In this document: positions 14,810 through 27,243 of the stretch, one piece after another
How positions within the stretch are numbered: the first letter of the stretch is position 1
Layout of the letters: every line of letters starts with the position of its first letter
Assembly (NCBI RefSeq): GCF_011386835.1
Contig: NC_088802.1
Coordinates: forward strand, 13,516,001 to 13,580,000
From: Chrysemys picta bellii
Taxonomy: Eukaryota
DNA length: 64,000 bases
Reading direction: 5' to 3'
Program-made: the position numbers and the translations under genes
Notes under the pieces: model-generated
The model's input: the letters and a program-made list of their open reading frames with translations, nothing else
Database searches by the model: none
What the model was told of the DNA's origin: nothing

Positions 14810-15290
14810 ATTCTACATGCTCCCTTGGAAGCTATTCCAGAGCTCAAATACCCAGATGGTTAGAAAGTTTTCCTAATATCGAACCTAAATCTCCCTTGCT
14901 GCAGTTTAACACTTGTACTTCTCATCCTACCTTCAGTGGCAATGGAACACAACTGATCCCCAGTCTCTGTATAACAGCCCTTAGCGTGGCTGCAGACCAT
15001 CACCAGTCTGCTTTTCTCAAGACTAAGACCCACTTCTTTTACCTTCCTTCACAGGTCGGGTTTTCTAAATCTTTGATCATTTTCTGTTGCTCTCCTGGGG
15101 ACTCAATCCAATTTGTCTTTCCTAAAGTGTGGTGCCCAGAACTGGACACAGGACTCCAGCTGAGGCCTCCCCAGGGCTGAGCAGGCGGGACAACGACCTC
15201 CCGCAACTGACATACAACACTCACGTTAATACATCCCAGAATGATACCAGCCTTTTCCCCTGCTGCATCAATGGGTGACAGCCAGACAGC
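14810..15290 (-). mobile_element. Old, degenerate CR1 LINE ORF2 3' fragment
   Basis: Minus-strand translation KAGIILGCIN...IKDLEN and GTGCCCAGAACTGGACACAG parallel the CR1 at 47.7-48.7 kb, but with frameshifts. Confidence 0.8.
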
Positions 15291-17007
15291 ATCTGAGTCC
15301 ATTAAAGACCATTCCCCCCCCCCTCCCCCCTATTATTCAAGAAAGGGACATTCGGAGTTTGAGAAACTATATTCTACTTCGTTCTTTTCAAAGCAAGAAA
15401 TAAAAGCTAAATCCTCCGTCCCCACAAAATCCAACGCCCAGCTTGGCACGGTGCATTTCAGCCACAGCCCAGCAAATTACTGCTCCAGCCACACATACGC
15501 CCCAGGGAAGAGGAACAAGTTAAAGCTGGTAGAAAAGCGCTAACAATCCATGAGAGGCATTTGCCCTCCCTCCTCCTCTCAGCAATGGGGAGTCGCTGAC
15601 CCCTCTCCACATCACTCCTCTTGGGGCATCATTGGTAGCCCTTTAGAGTTCAAGGATGACTTCACCCAGCACTTGTAGGACATTTCCTCTCTCTCTGGGA
15701 CATGTGCAGTGAATTCACAGTTCTCAGCCTCAGCTCTCTGGATCACAAGAGCAAACAGTGCCCTTTCAAGGCCCTATCCACCTACCCCCACTCCCCCCGT
15801 CCTGACTATATCTCATATCTCTGCAGGGATCAGGCAGTAACTTCCTTCCCCATTTCAGTCTCTGACTCTCGGAGTGTGTATCCAGCACTTGTCCTCAAGT
15901 GTTTTTGCAGATAAATACTGATTATTTTAATTGTTCAAAGGACAAGAAAATCTTGTGACAAAAGCTAGGGAAATATGAAAAGAAAATCAGAAAGGACTAT
16001 TTTGGCAAATGACCATTTGTCTTTTGAAGTCACCAGGAAATCTGAGCTACATCCTGTCAAACACGTGACAGAACAGCCTTCACCAAAAAGAGAAAAACCC
16101 ACAAACCAGGGTGGGCTACAAACCACTTTCCCGTTCATGAAGTGAAACCCCAGAGAATCTTAAGACTCAAAATCTGGAGAACAATTTTACCCATTTCCTT
16201 CTGAGCAGGCTAAACCTGCTTTCCTCAGCACCGCCGCATTATTTGTCTGTGTTATTGATAAAAGTTTTAGCATCACTGTAATAAAAGAAAAAAGAAAAAA
16301 AGACAAACCTCACCAAAAATGTCCTATATGCAAATGATCTGGATCTGGCTGGAAAAACTCCAGATGCCACTTTACCAATAGTTGGAGGCTGGGGTTGAAG
16401 CTGATACTGTTCTTTGGGGTTCATTTGAATTCCCCCTTCAGGAATGTGATATTTTCTTCTCCAGCCCTCAGGGTCCTGACTGAGGATCAAAGAAGTCAAA
16501 GCCTGATTCCTAAGCATGGTGGGCAAAGGACACTGTGGTAAATGACACAGATGAAGGTGGAGGGGTAGAATGGGAAGAGGATAAATTCTCCACAGTTTGG
16601 GCAGAGGCTGCTCTGTCAGAGAAGATGTGTGAGGTTGATGGGGGCAGGAGGGAATTCCCCGGACTCACCCCGTCCCTCTCCAATAACACAGAAGGTAAAA
16701 CACGACATTCTTTACTATCCCTGCTCCAGCTCTTTTAGAATCTATTGAATGCTGGTGTATAAGGGAGAAACAGCACCAAAAATTAAATGCTTTTCAGCAT
16801 AACTGGAGCAGTAAGAGGATGTCTCATTCCCAGACAATCTCACTGCAAAGGGGGCACTTAGTGACTCTAACAATCACTTTGCTAATGTGGGGTTGAAATA
16901 AACTGCTAGGGTCAGTCTAGACTAGAAAAAGGGGAGGAGGAATACAGGAGATGCCCTAGATAATCCCAACCACTTTTCCTGCCGTAGACAGATGCTCGGA
17001 GGCTGAT

Positions 17008-17150
17008 ATTATCACTCCCCATTTATTCCCTCTCTGTAAGGCACAGATTTGTCTCAGGTCACCCTGCAAGCTCCTGGCAGAGTTGGGAACAGAGCTTAGG
17101 TCTCCTGAGTCCCAGGCCAGTGCTCTATCCACTAGGCAGTGCTGCTTCCC
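17008..17150 (-). mobile_element. MIR/CORE-type SINE fragment
   Basis: Minus strand GGGAAGCAGCACTGCCTAGTGGATAGAGCACTGGCCTGGGACTCAGGAGACC...GGTGACCTGAGACAAATC: a tRNA-like head plus a CORE-like segment. Confidence 0.65.
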
Positions 17151-18035
17151 TCTCAGAGGCTGATGCTGTGTAGCAGAGGTGGGAAATCCAGGCTTCCAAG
17201 AAAAGGCCCTGTGGGAATCAGCCCCTCTCAGTGGTGCTGTCTGAAGGCATAGGGGGCAGAGGAGGAGAGAGATGAGGCAGCACATCTCTACCCTAGTGCT
17301 CTCCTTCACCTCTTATCCCATGATCCCCAAACACTCAATACCCCAGTACCCAGCTCCCCCTGATTCCCAGATCCACCAGCCCCCACCATTCCTTCCCATA
17401 ACCCATCACCCTGGTCCCTTAACCTCTGATCTCCCAGAACCCAGCACCCTGGGGGATTTGGGGAGGGGAGGAGTTACCAGCTCCCAGGGACACTCCAGTT
17501 AAGTGCGGGAGCACAGCACAGGGGTTGGTGGAAGATGGGGGGTGGGGACAGGTGTCTAGAGTGAAGGTGGGGCATGGACCAAGTGTTCTTCTCCTCATGT
17601 CCATGGCAGGGGGATCCTGGCTGGGAGGGGAAGGGAGAGGGGGGAACTTCAGCCAGGCAGGGAGAGCATCTCGAGGATTTTGTCCCTCTTCCTTCCCCCG
17701 CCTGTGTCCCATCAGCTCAGCAGCCAGGGCTGCAGCAGAGGGGAGGGGCTGATGGGGGCTTCTCCTCCTCTGCCTGGGGTTTGCTGAGACCAGGCAGAGC
17801 CAGAGGATCACTGACCAGCTGATGCTCGGCTGCTGTTGGATCCTCACCCCAGTGATGGGCAGCTGGGTCCTTGGGAGCCAAATGCCCCTGATGTGTGTGG
17901 GAATGAGGAAATGGGTTTGTCACCATGGCCAGTTCTAGTCAAGGCCCTGAGAGAATTTCCCTGCTGTGCGGAGGAGTCTCCGATGTCCAACATGGTGTTA
18001 GCTCCAATTGGAGCATTTTCCACACTGAGAACATC

Positions 18036-19978
18036 TCAGAGATTCCTTCCATGTGCGGATTTGCGGATGCCTGATACTCCAGGAGCACCAAATGAAGCTT
18101 CCCCCGTGTTCAAGGTCTCTTTATCATTTAAATCACTGAAATGTGAAGTCAAATTGAATCTTCTCCTGCAGTCAAGATATTTGTAGGGTCTCTCACCCTT
18201 GTGAATTCTCTGATGTTTGGTAAGCGCTGAGCTCTTAATGAAGCTCTTCCCACACTCAAGGCGTTTATATGGTCTCTCCCCTGTGTGCACTCTCTGGTGT
18301 ATAATAAGTTGTGACTTCTGAATGAAGCCTTTCCCACAGTCCAAGAATTTATGGGGTCTCTCTCCTGTGTGGGTTTTCTGATGTGAATTAAGGGTTGATA
18401 GCAAACTGAAACTTTTCCCACACTCCAGACATTTATAGGGTCTTTCCACTGTGTAGATTCTCCCATGTTTCGTAAGGGATGAACTTTCCATAAAGCTTTT
18501 CCCACACTCAAGGCATCCATAGGGTCTCTCTCCTGTCTGGTTTCTCAGATGTGTAATAAGTGGTGAGTTCTGACTAAAGCTTTTCCCACACTCAAGGCAT
18601 TTGTAAGGTCTCTCTCCAGTGTGGGTTCGCTGATGAATTATAAGGTTTGCACTGAAACGGAATCTTTTCCCACAGTCAAGGCATTTGTAGAGTTTCTCTT
18701 CACTGTGACTTGTCTGCTGGACTGTGGTTTCCTTGGGATCCTTGCATCCTCCGCCACGTTGAATGGATTCATCCAGTTTCTTCCTAGGATAGTTTCCCAG
18801 ATGCATCTCTGATCTGTGTCCATCCCCCCAGGCATTTCCCTGTTCCAAGCACTGGGAAAAATTCCCTTCAGCTCTTCTCAAAACCATCTCCTGCAATTCC
18901 ACTTTCCCAGGAACTTCCTCCTGATGATTCTCCTCCTTGTTCTCACTCACTGTCCTATCACCTGCTGGGGGAGAGAGCATCCAGACAGGAGTCACTGCCT
19001 GTGCCGGGGAGAAAGGACAGAAAGGGGAATAGCAAAGAGGGAAAACACAACACAGTAACTATTGGGGAGATGGAGACACTGGATTCTGCCTCCACATCCC
19101 ACCCAAACACTCCCAGGGAAGTAAAGTCAGGGAGGAAATTCCCACAGCTAACAGGATGGGTGGGAAGCCGTGACTGATATTTGCCTTGATAATATGACAC
19201 CTGCTGACTGCAGCCCTCACCTGGGTGAGATGAGGTAAATTGAGGGCTCTCTCTCTCACAGCACATTTTGGGAGTCCCAGCTTTTTCCTTCATTCACCAG
19301 ATGGTTCTGTCTCAGTTTCCCTGACTCCTCACCTGTGCAGGTACCTCTTGGGCTCTCTCTTTCCTTGGCAGCCTGGAGATCTGGGACCCACGGCTCTTCC
19401 CCTCATTCCAGCCGGGCGATCAGGTCAGGTTTGGGAATGGGGAATCCTGTGAAGAGGGGGGTAATCAGGCAAGGTGAAGGTGCATGGAGATGTGCTCTTG
19501 GAGACTTGCTGACACACACAGCTCGGGTGTTAAACTCCTGCCTCTATCCAAGGCTGCTGCACCGAGAACCCTTCCCATGGGTGGAGCTAGTCCCAAGACA
19601 GTAGATTAACGCTGTGTGAAGGAGAAATAATACAGGCAGGGCAATACCCTGCTTCTGACCCTTTGAAAGCTGGAGAGATGGGGATGAATTAGCATGTCCA
19701 TTAGGTTTCTGACTCTAGATAGTGGGTTCAGACTCCTGCATTGGGAGTCTGGTCAGTTTTCCCAGCCCTGCCCAGGATTTTTTTTTTTCCTTTTTCAAAA
19801 CTGGGGAATGTCCCCCTCTTCAGAAAATCAGGTCCCAGGTTGAACGTGTACCAGCAGGTTTATCACATTCTGTCCCCCACCACACACGCACACACCATGC
19901 AGCTCCCTGAAAATCCCCTACCTGAGCTGACTCCATCATAGACATTTCTCTTCCCTGTCTCCTGGAAGACGGGATCAT
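18036..19978 (-). pseudogene. KRAB-ZNF pseudogene, gene 2
   Basis: ATG exon 19978-19922 (MSMMESAQ). KRAB-A exon absent (deletion junction ~19716). KRAB-B exon 19446-19333 has CGA->TGA. Finger exon 18961-18036 has only fingers 1 and 4 intact (H->Q, H->Y, C->F, C->R in the others). Confidence 0.88.
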
Positions 19979-20392
19979 CTGGAGCGAAATGTGGATGTGA
20001 TTCCTCAGCCTGTCAGGGCGAGAGGGGCGATGGGGGAGGTTACAGAAGGGGCTTGAGTCCATGTCACACCCCGATTCCCTCCAGGCTCTTGCCCTGCAGA
20101 CAGACGCTCTGGACTCTGCCACGCTGGGAAAACCCTCAATCATTTTATCACAACATAGACCCGGCCCCTCCCACCAGGGATGAACCCACGGGGAGCACTT
20201 TTAAACCCTCCCAGCGACACAGTCCTGTAGCTAATGAATTTCGTTGATTGTTCATTTATTGTGTGATATTATGATTAGTTAATATGTTATGTCACATATA
20301 ATCATTGTATGTTAAATAAATGTTAAACTGTAGGATTATAAAAGTATAAGTGATTTGTAGTTAGACGGGATAGATATGCATTAGGTATCTTA

Positions 20393-20677
20393 GAGTACGT
20401 CTATACTACTCACCGGATTGGCGGGTAGTGTTCGATGTATCGGGGATCGATTTATCGCGTCTCGTCTGGACGCGATAAGTCGATCCGCTACTCGATGCCC
20501 GTACTCCACCTCGACAGGAGGAGTAAGCGGAGTCGACGGGGGAGCCGCAGCAGTCAACTCGCCGCCGTGAGGACGGCCAGGTAAGTCGAACTAAGATTCT
20601 CCGACTTCAGCTACGCAAATAGCATAGCTGAAGTTGTGTATCTTAGTTCGACCCCCCCTGCTAGTGTAGCCCAGGCC
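20393..20677. mobile_element. PIF/Harbinger MITE, CpG-rich
   Basis: Ends GAGTACGTCTATACT / AGTGTAGCCCAGGCC flanked by TTA / TAA. Internal hairpins such as GTCGAACTAAGAT...ATCTTAGTTCGAC. Confidence 0.8.
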
Positions 20678-21206
20678 TAAGTAAGTAGGAGTGAAATGCA
20701 AGGCCTACAGGCTGAGGCCTGTAAGCTTTTGCCTTAACCATATTACAGCTTGGAGCTAAGAAATGATGACACAAGTAAGTCCCCGAAGAATGACCTGATG
20801 CCACAAGATTATGGGCAAAGATGTACCAGGGGGTAATAGTGTGAAAAAATTAGCCGGAAGATAAATTTTAAATCACAAAAATGCTGTAATGGCACATGTG
20901 TTTCAACATGTGTCTTAACCACAGGATGTAAGTTATGCATCAGTGCTAATGAGAATAAAGAGACCCTACCTGACCAATGGAAATTGGGGTCCCTTGTGTT
21001 TCTGGGGGACTGCAGAGCAATAAGAACAAAGGGGGTTGACACTTTCAGGAACATGCGCAGAATGTAGGTGTGGTCAGAATCACATTAAAAAAAGAGGGTG
21101 CCCAGATTAGGAGAATTGAGTTTTCCGTGGGAAACCCCAGCAGGAACCATCCCTCTACTGATGATCAATCCAGGAGAGACCCAACAGATCCTAACACTAT
21201 CTAGGA

Positions 21207-22314
21207 CAGGGGTCTTAAACACGCGGCCCGGGGGCTGCATGCGGCCCATGGGGTTATTTTCTGCAGCCTGCGAGCTCCTCGCGGCCCCCCCGCCCTCCTC
21301 CAGCATTTACCTAGAGTGGCTCCGGCCCAATGCACACCGGGGGCAGGGCAGGCTCCCTGCCTGCCCTGCCCCGCGCCGCTCCGGGAAGCCGACAGAACCT
21401 GGGGTGGGGGGGTGCAGGGGTGTGTGTGGCTGTTGCTTCAGGCACCACCCCCAGCAGCTCCCATTGGCTGGGAACGGGGAACTGCGGCCAATGGGAGCTG
21501 CTGGAGGCGGTGCCTGAAGCAACAGCCACACACACCCCTGCACCCCTCCTTCCCCAGATTCCGTCGGCTTCCCAGAGCGGCACGGGGGCAGGGCGGGCAG
21601 GCAGGCAGGGAGCCTGCCCTGCCCCCGGTGCGCGTTGGGCCGGAGCCCACCCCCCCGAACCCCTCCTGCAGCTGAACCTCCTGCCGCACCCAACACCCCT
21701 CCTGTACCCCGACCCCCTGTCCTGAACCCCCTGCTGCACCCCGCACTCCAACCCCCTGCCACGAGCCCCCTGCTGCACCCTGCACCCCTCCTGCACCCCA
21801 ACCCACTGCCCTGAGCTCCCTGCTGCACCCGACCCCCTGCTGCATCCCGCACCCCTCCTGCACCCCAACCCACTTCCCTGAGCTCCCCGCTGCACCCCTC
21901 CTGCACCCTGACCCCCTGCCCTGAGCCCTCTGCTGCACCTCAACCCTCTGCCCTGAACCCCCTGCTGCACCCCGACCCCCTGCCCTGAGTCCTTTGCTGC
22001 ACTTCGACCCCCTGCTGCACCCCTCCTGCACCCCACACCCCAACTCCCTGCCCTGAGCCCCCGCCACACCCCACACACCCCCGGCACCCCCTGGGGGCAG
22101 GGAGGGGGCAGAGTTGGGGTGGGGATTTCAGGGAAGGGGTTGGAATGGGGGCAGGGAAGGGGTGGGAAGAGGCAGGGCAGGGGTGGGGCCTCATGGAAGG
22201 GGTGGAGTGGGGGCGGGACCAAGGGCGGCGGGGGGAGGTGTCAGTAAATGCGGCCCTCGGGCCAATGTACTAGTCCTCATGTGGCCCTCATGGTCATTTG
22301 AGTTTGAGACCCCG
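21207..22314. mobile_element. Non-autonomous hAT element
   Basis: TIRs CAGGGGTCTTAAAC / GTTTGAGACCCCG and a perfect 8-bp TSD ATCTAGGA (21199-21206, 22315-22322). Internal 330-bp palindrome and CTGCACCC minisatellite. Confidence 0.92.
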
Positions 22315-24619
22315 ATCTAGGAGGATGTGAGTATAACTATGTTTCTAACTCGTGCATAGGTCTTCATAGCAGTGGTATATGCTTGGGTAATCATAACTTT
22401 CACAAAAGTTGTGAAACAGACTAGACCTTGTACTTGTGAATGTCTGTGTGGTCACTGCCCTTGGTCTTTACATGTTCCTAAAGACCGTAAATCTGAAGCA
22501 AGTACCAGAGGTGACTTTTACTCCATTAAGCATGAAACTGTAGCCACCAGAGCCAAACCCTCGGTGGTGTGATCCCACATTACTAAATTCACTTTCAATA
22601 AAATAAAAGGCTTCAGTCTCTAAGACAAATGCTAGAAAAGTGCAGAATCAAAGGAGCCACTGTGGGGGATCCCCCCTGACATTGGCCCCAAGGGCAGCAC
22701 GTCCTCCCAGCAGCGCGGGGACTCAGCCAGGGTAGAAACTGGCTTTTCCTCTGTCAGCTCCTCTCCTTGTTCCAGGAGAGTCAGTCTGTCCCGGGTGATG
22801 CACAGAATGGATCCCGGCAGGGCTGGGAGCTGGGAGCTGGGAACCTCCCTCCTCACTTCTTGCTCCTGCTGCTCCTTTCACACTCTCCCCTCCCCTTCCT
22901 GTCTCTGTCCCTCTCACCATCCCTGGGAGAACTGGGAACTGTCCCATTCCCATGGGCGTTTGCTCTCCAGGGTGAGCCTGGCTGTGTCACTGAGGGCAGC
23001 AGCTCTGGGACCCGCAGACCCACGGGGAGCCCCTCCCCGTCTGGTACAAACTCACCAGCAGGTCCCTGAAAGGGGCCCTTTGTGCAGAGTCACTTTCCTG
23101 CCCAGCCCCAGCCCTTGCCCCCAGTCACCTGGAAGCTCAGGTTCAAGAGCTGATGTCGGCAGAACCCCAGGGGACTAGTTCCAGGACTGTCAAAAGTGCC
23201 CACTGGGCTGGGCACAGAGGGGGATTAATGAGGGTCTGTCCCTAGCACAGACCCCACTGGGGGAGTGAACAGTAGCTGCTCAGGCTGGGATCCCAGACCA
23301 CAATGCAGGAGGCAGCATTAACTGACCCAGGGAGCTCAATTAACCCCACAGGGCTCACTCCCACCGCCCCCCCCCCCCAATTCTGAGGCACTGCCTGGTA
23401 ACAGAACTGTATTGGGGTGTCTTAAACCAGAACTGAACACACCAACTGCCACTGAACCAAACCAAACCCCAATTCCACTCCTTGTGGCTCACCGTGACTC
23501 TGGTTGGACACCGAATCCTGCTCTGAAATCAGACCAGCCCCTGTTCAGTCCTGTCAATCCAGGAGTCAGACTCCCCAAGTGATGAGATTGTCTTTGGACA
23601 CGAATATGAAATTGGGAGCTGGGGGGGGGGGGGGGTGGAGGTGTTCTGGGTGGACATTTGCCTTGTAAATTCTCAGCCCTTCAGGGGAAGTCTCCTGCCT
23701 GCCCCCAATCCCTAGGGTGACCACTTTTCAAAAGGCAAAAGCGGGACACATGCAGAAGCCCCACCTGCTCCATGGCCCCACCTCCTGGCCAGGCCAGAAG
23801 CTGGAGCCGGGCTATGGCATGGTAAGAGCTGCCCAGGGAGCCTGGGCCACTGCCGGGAGCCCTGGACCCTCCACCTGCCCTGGGCAAGGGTGCCCGAGAG
23901 CAGCCACTGGCCCATGTGCCCACCCCCCCCAGGGCACACCACCCAGGGCAGGTGGAGGGTCTGGGGTTCCCCATTTCAGACTGGGTGGCTCTTATTGTGG
24001 CCCTGATCTAGCTTCTGGCCCAGCCAATGGGGGGTGGGAGGCAGAGAGGAGGAACAGGGGGCAGGGCCTTGTGGCCAAGCGGGGCTAAGGCCCATCTCAG
24101 CCCCACCCACAGGGAACAGGCTGGTGCTGCCCCAGAACCTCGGGCAGGCACAGAGCCCTGGCACAGGGAATCCGGGACAAATGGTGTCTCAAAGTCATTC
24201 AGCCCAGGACTGGGACTTGAACTCTGCATTTTGGGACTGTCCTGCCCAATTCGGTCACCCTGCCCACCCACCATTGCTGGTTTGGCCATTTGTAGGGGAA
24301 CAAATCCCCGCTGGCTGCTGGGCAGCCCTCTCACCCTCCCTTACCCCATGGGGATGGGAAGTGGCCATTGTATCTTTCCCCACCCCTCCGCCTTCTCCCT
24401 GCCCCTTGGCTCTCCCTTCCCCAGCCGGGTCTCCTCTTGCTCCCCGCCCCTTGCTGCCCCCATGCACATCCCCGGCCCCCAGAGAGATCCATTGCCTCCC
24501 TGCAGCAACTGCTGCCGCAGGGTCCTAGTGCTCCCCCCATCTCGACTGCTAGGGCAGACTGTGAGCCTGCCCTTCCCCCTCAGACCCTTCCCTTTTCCGG
24601 CAGGACCCTCCAGCAGCAC

Positions 24620-25599
24620 AGGGACCCCCCCCCACCCGCAGTCACCGCTCTTGCCCCATCCCTCACCCCCAGTGAGGCTACAGTCAGGGGCAATAGCAGC
24701 GGAGGAGGCGCACGCAGCACCCCCCCGGCACCCACCACGGGGGAGGCGAGGGAGATTCCTGGACCTGAGAGGGGCCCTAGGAGCACATGCAGTGACAGTG
24801 GTGGGGGTGAGTGTGCTGCTGGGGGGGCAGGAAAGGGGGGCTCCTCCCCCAGAGCTTGCTGCTGCCGACAGGGAAAGGGCTGGGGGGAGTCCTCCTCACT
24901 GGCCCCTGTCCCGGAGCAGCCTGCCTGCCCCCCAAACTCATCCCCAGCCCTGCCCCACCCAGAGTCCACACCCCCAGTCAAAGCTTTCACCCCCCCACCA
25001 CACCCTCAACCCAAGCCCTGAGCCCCTCCAGCACCCCAAACACCTTATCCCCAGTCCCATCCAGAGCCCTCATCCCCCCACACCCTGACCCTCTGCCCCA
25101 GCCCTGAGCCCCCTCCAACACCACAAACCCCTCATCCCCATCCCCAGCCAGAGCCCTCACCCCCACACTCCTACTCTCGCCCTGAGCCCCTCCCACACCC
25201 CAACCCCTCATCCCCAGCCAGAGCCCTCATCCCCCTGCACCCTAACTGTCTGCCCCAACCCTGAGCCCCCTCCTGCATCATGAACCCCTCATCCCCAGGC
25301 CCACCCCACAGCCCTCACCCCACCCCTCTGCCATAGTCCTGAGCCCCCTCCCACACCCCAAACCTCTCATCCCCAGCCCCACCCCAAACCCAGCCCCACC
25401 CCTGCAGCCCCTCCCTCCACAACCCCTCCCATCCCCAAACTCCCTCCCAGAGCCAGCATCCTGCACCCCAGACCTCCTGCCCCACCCAAACTCCCTCCCA
25501 GAGCCTTGGGCAGGTGGGGGGCGGAGTTTTGGGGGGACAGAGTTTGGGCAGGGGTGAGTTCTGGGCACCACCAAAATTTCTACACACCTGCCACCCATG
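24620..25599. mobile_element. hAT-like element fragment replacing the 3' half of gene 2 exon 1
   Basis: Right end TTCTGGGCACCACCAAAATTTCTACACACCTGCCACCCATG and a C-rich minisatellite ~24960-25500. Left boundary approximate. Confidence 0.55.
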
Positions 25600-25604
25600 C
25601 TCCA

Positions 25605-25810
25605 AGCGGGGCCCTGGGGAGCAGCAGGAAGGGCCCTGCTGGAGATTCCCCTCTCCCGGCTGCAGCCAGGGCTCCTAGCACCAGCCGCCGGGGCTCGGGG
25701 ATCTCGCCAGGAGCCTGGGAGCTAGAATCACCGCTGCGGCTGTGAGTCACTTCCTGCTGCCGGGACTGACCGCAGCGATCCTCCCACCCCGCTCCTCCTG
25801 GTCCTAGTGA
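25605..25810 (-). promoter_or_regulatory. Truncated promoter/exon 1 of pseudogene 2
   Basis: Keeps ACTTCCTG (25749-25756) and the 5' part of the shared exon-1 block, but lacks the splice donor. Confidence 0.7.
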
Positions 25811-25853
25811 TATCCTACACACTGCGCTTCGCCTCTCTGTGTCTGGCTTCTTT

Positions 25854-26221
25854 GGGCTTGTCTACAATGGCCCTTTACAGCACTGCAACTTTCTCACTCA
25901 GGGGTGTGAAAAAGAACATCTCCCTGAGCGCTGCAAGTTTCAGCTCTGTAAAGCGCCAGTGTAGACAGCACACCAGCCCTGGGAGTCGGGTGACCAGATG
26001 TCCCGTTTTTATAGGGACAGTCCTGTTTTGGGGTACTTTTTTTAATATATGCGCCTATTACCCCTACCCCCATCCTGTTTTTTCACAGTTGCTAGCTGGG
26101 AGCCGTGCTCGCTGGGAGCTACGCCCCGCATGGAGGTGATTTTTTGCTGTGCCACAACTACACAAGCCACGTTCAAGCGCTGCCACAGCAGCGCTTTAAT
26201 CTTGCCAGTGTAGACAAGCCC
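25854..26221. mobile_element. Harbinger MITE containing a truncated Blackjack-like MITE (25988-26094)
   Basis: GGGCTTGTCTACA / TGTAGACAAGCCC ends followed by TTA. Internal GGGTGACCAGATGTCCCG start. Confidence 0.8.
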
Positions 26222-26379
26222 TTACATCACAGACTTTGCCATCATGATCACCTAGTCCAGGGTTCTCACGACAAAATTGTTGGTGGCCTCAGAGTGGGTG
26301 GCTCTCGCTGGTAGCCACTCTGACACTTTTTCCTAAAATACTTAAGTAAATTTAGGAAAAACCAATAAATATGCACAGA

Positions 26380-27243
26380 GGTAAGTGGGGAAATGGTCCC
26401 GCTATTGTGCAGAACTTTCCTGGCTTATACACCACCCGGGTGGAATCGAATAGCAGAAGGATCTGAGTCCTCACTCCCACTCCCTTCCCCAAGAGATCTG
26501 AATGACCTTGAGGACTCCCCTTCCACTCTAGTCCCCGTAATCCGGCAAGGCTGGACCCAGGATTCCTGTGGGGCTCGACCCCCAGGACAGGGTCTAGGGT
26601 GTCCCCACTCTGGGGTGCTCTATCCGCTCTGGATGCTTCCCTGACTATTGCATAGAGTTCAGAACAAATACAATTCATTAAGCAGCAAGTAATAAAAAAA
26701 TGGGAACGGTGAAAGGAAAACACATCACCCCGCTCTGTGGGATGAACCACAACCAGCCGTCTCTGGAATGTCAGGGAGTTCACAGTCTGTTCCTCACACG
26801 TCCCAGGCCTCCCTCCCAGACCCTGGCTGTGCTGCAGAGATGCAGCAGGTTGGACAGTTACTCTGGCCGTGGCCAGATGCCCTTATGCTCTAGGTGTTAG
26901 GACCCTTCTTCCCAACATCAACCCTGGTCACAGTTATGATCTGCCTCTCAGACCAGCCTGCAAGCCCACTGCCCAGGGTCCCCCCTCGCTCTCCGCAGCT
27001 GCTCACCACACCCGGCTCCGGACTGCTCCAGCTCACACAGAGGACGGGACCCTGGGTTCCTGACTCCCTCATTAGCCTGCCTGCCCTGTCAATCAAGCTG
27101 ACCTGGAGTGCTGACCCCTCCCCATTGTCAGTCGCAGGATCTTTATTTCCCATTGGCCATTCCCCTTTCTTTTGGTGCTAGGGGAGGGCCAACCAACGCT
27201 CCGCCCCACTAAGTTTCAGTGCGGGGCCAATAGTTCCCTTACC
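26380..27243. mobile_element. Solo-LTR-like element inserted in a hAT-Charlie element (starts 26258)
   Basis: Termini GGTAAG / CTTACC with TSD CAGA(G). The empty host site is visible at ~41485. Confidence 0.65.

Larger units (their letters stand above)
20226..22627. mobile_element. Solo-LTR-like insertion (~1 kb core) with two nested DNA elements
   Basis: TG...CA ends and AATAAAATAAAA ~30 nt before the right end. Absent at the paralogous sites (10320-10340, 53510). No TSD; ~8 nt of target appear lost. Confidence 0.5.

Noticed and set aside
17419-17847. ORF shared with 34398-34628 (AWLKF.PLPSPPSQDPPAM.MRRRTLGP)
   Set aside because: Similarity is explained by paralogy. It is disrupted in gene 1, absent in gene 4, and the starts and stops differ.
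21650-22090. Regularly spaced repeats resembling a CRISPR array (also 9400-9900, 24960-25500)
   Set aside because: Degenerate minisatellites without unique spacers or cas genes, in a vertebrate genome.
21307-25600. Numerous Pro/Gly/Ala-rich ORFs in GC-rich elements (also 683-1967, 39388-40841, 54986-55739)
   Set aside because: Low-complexity frames on all strands in palindromic or minisatellite TE interiors; no recognisable domain.
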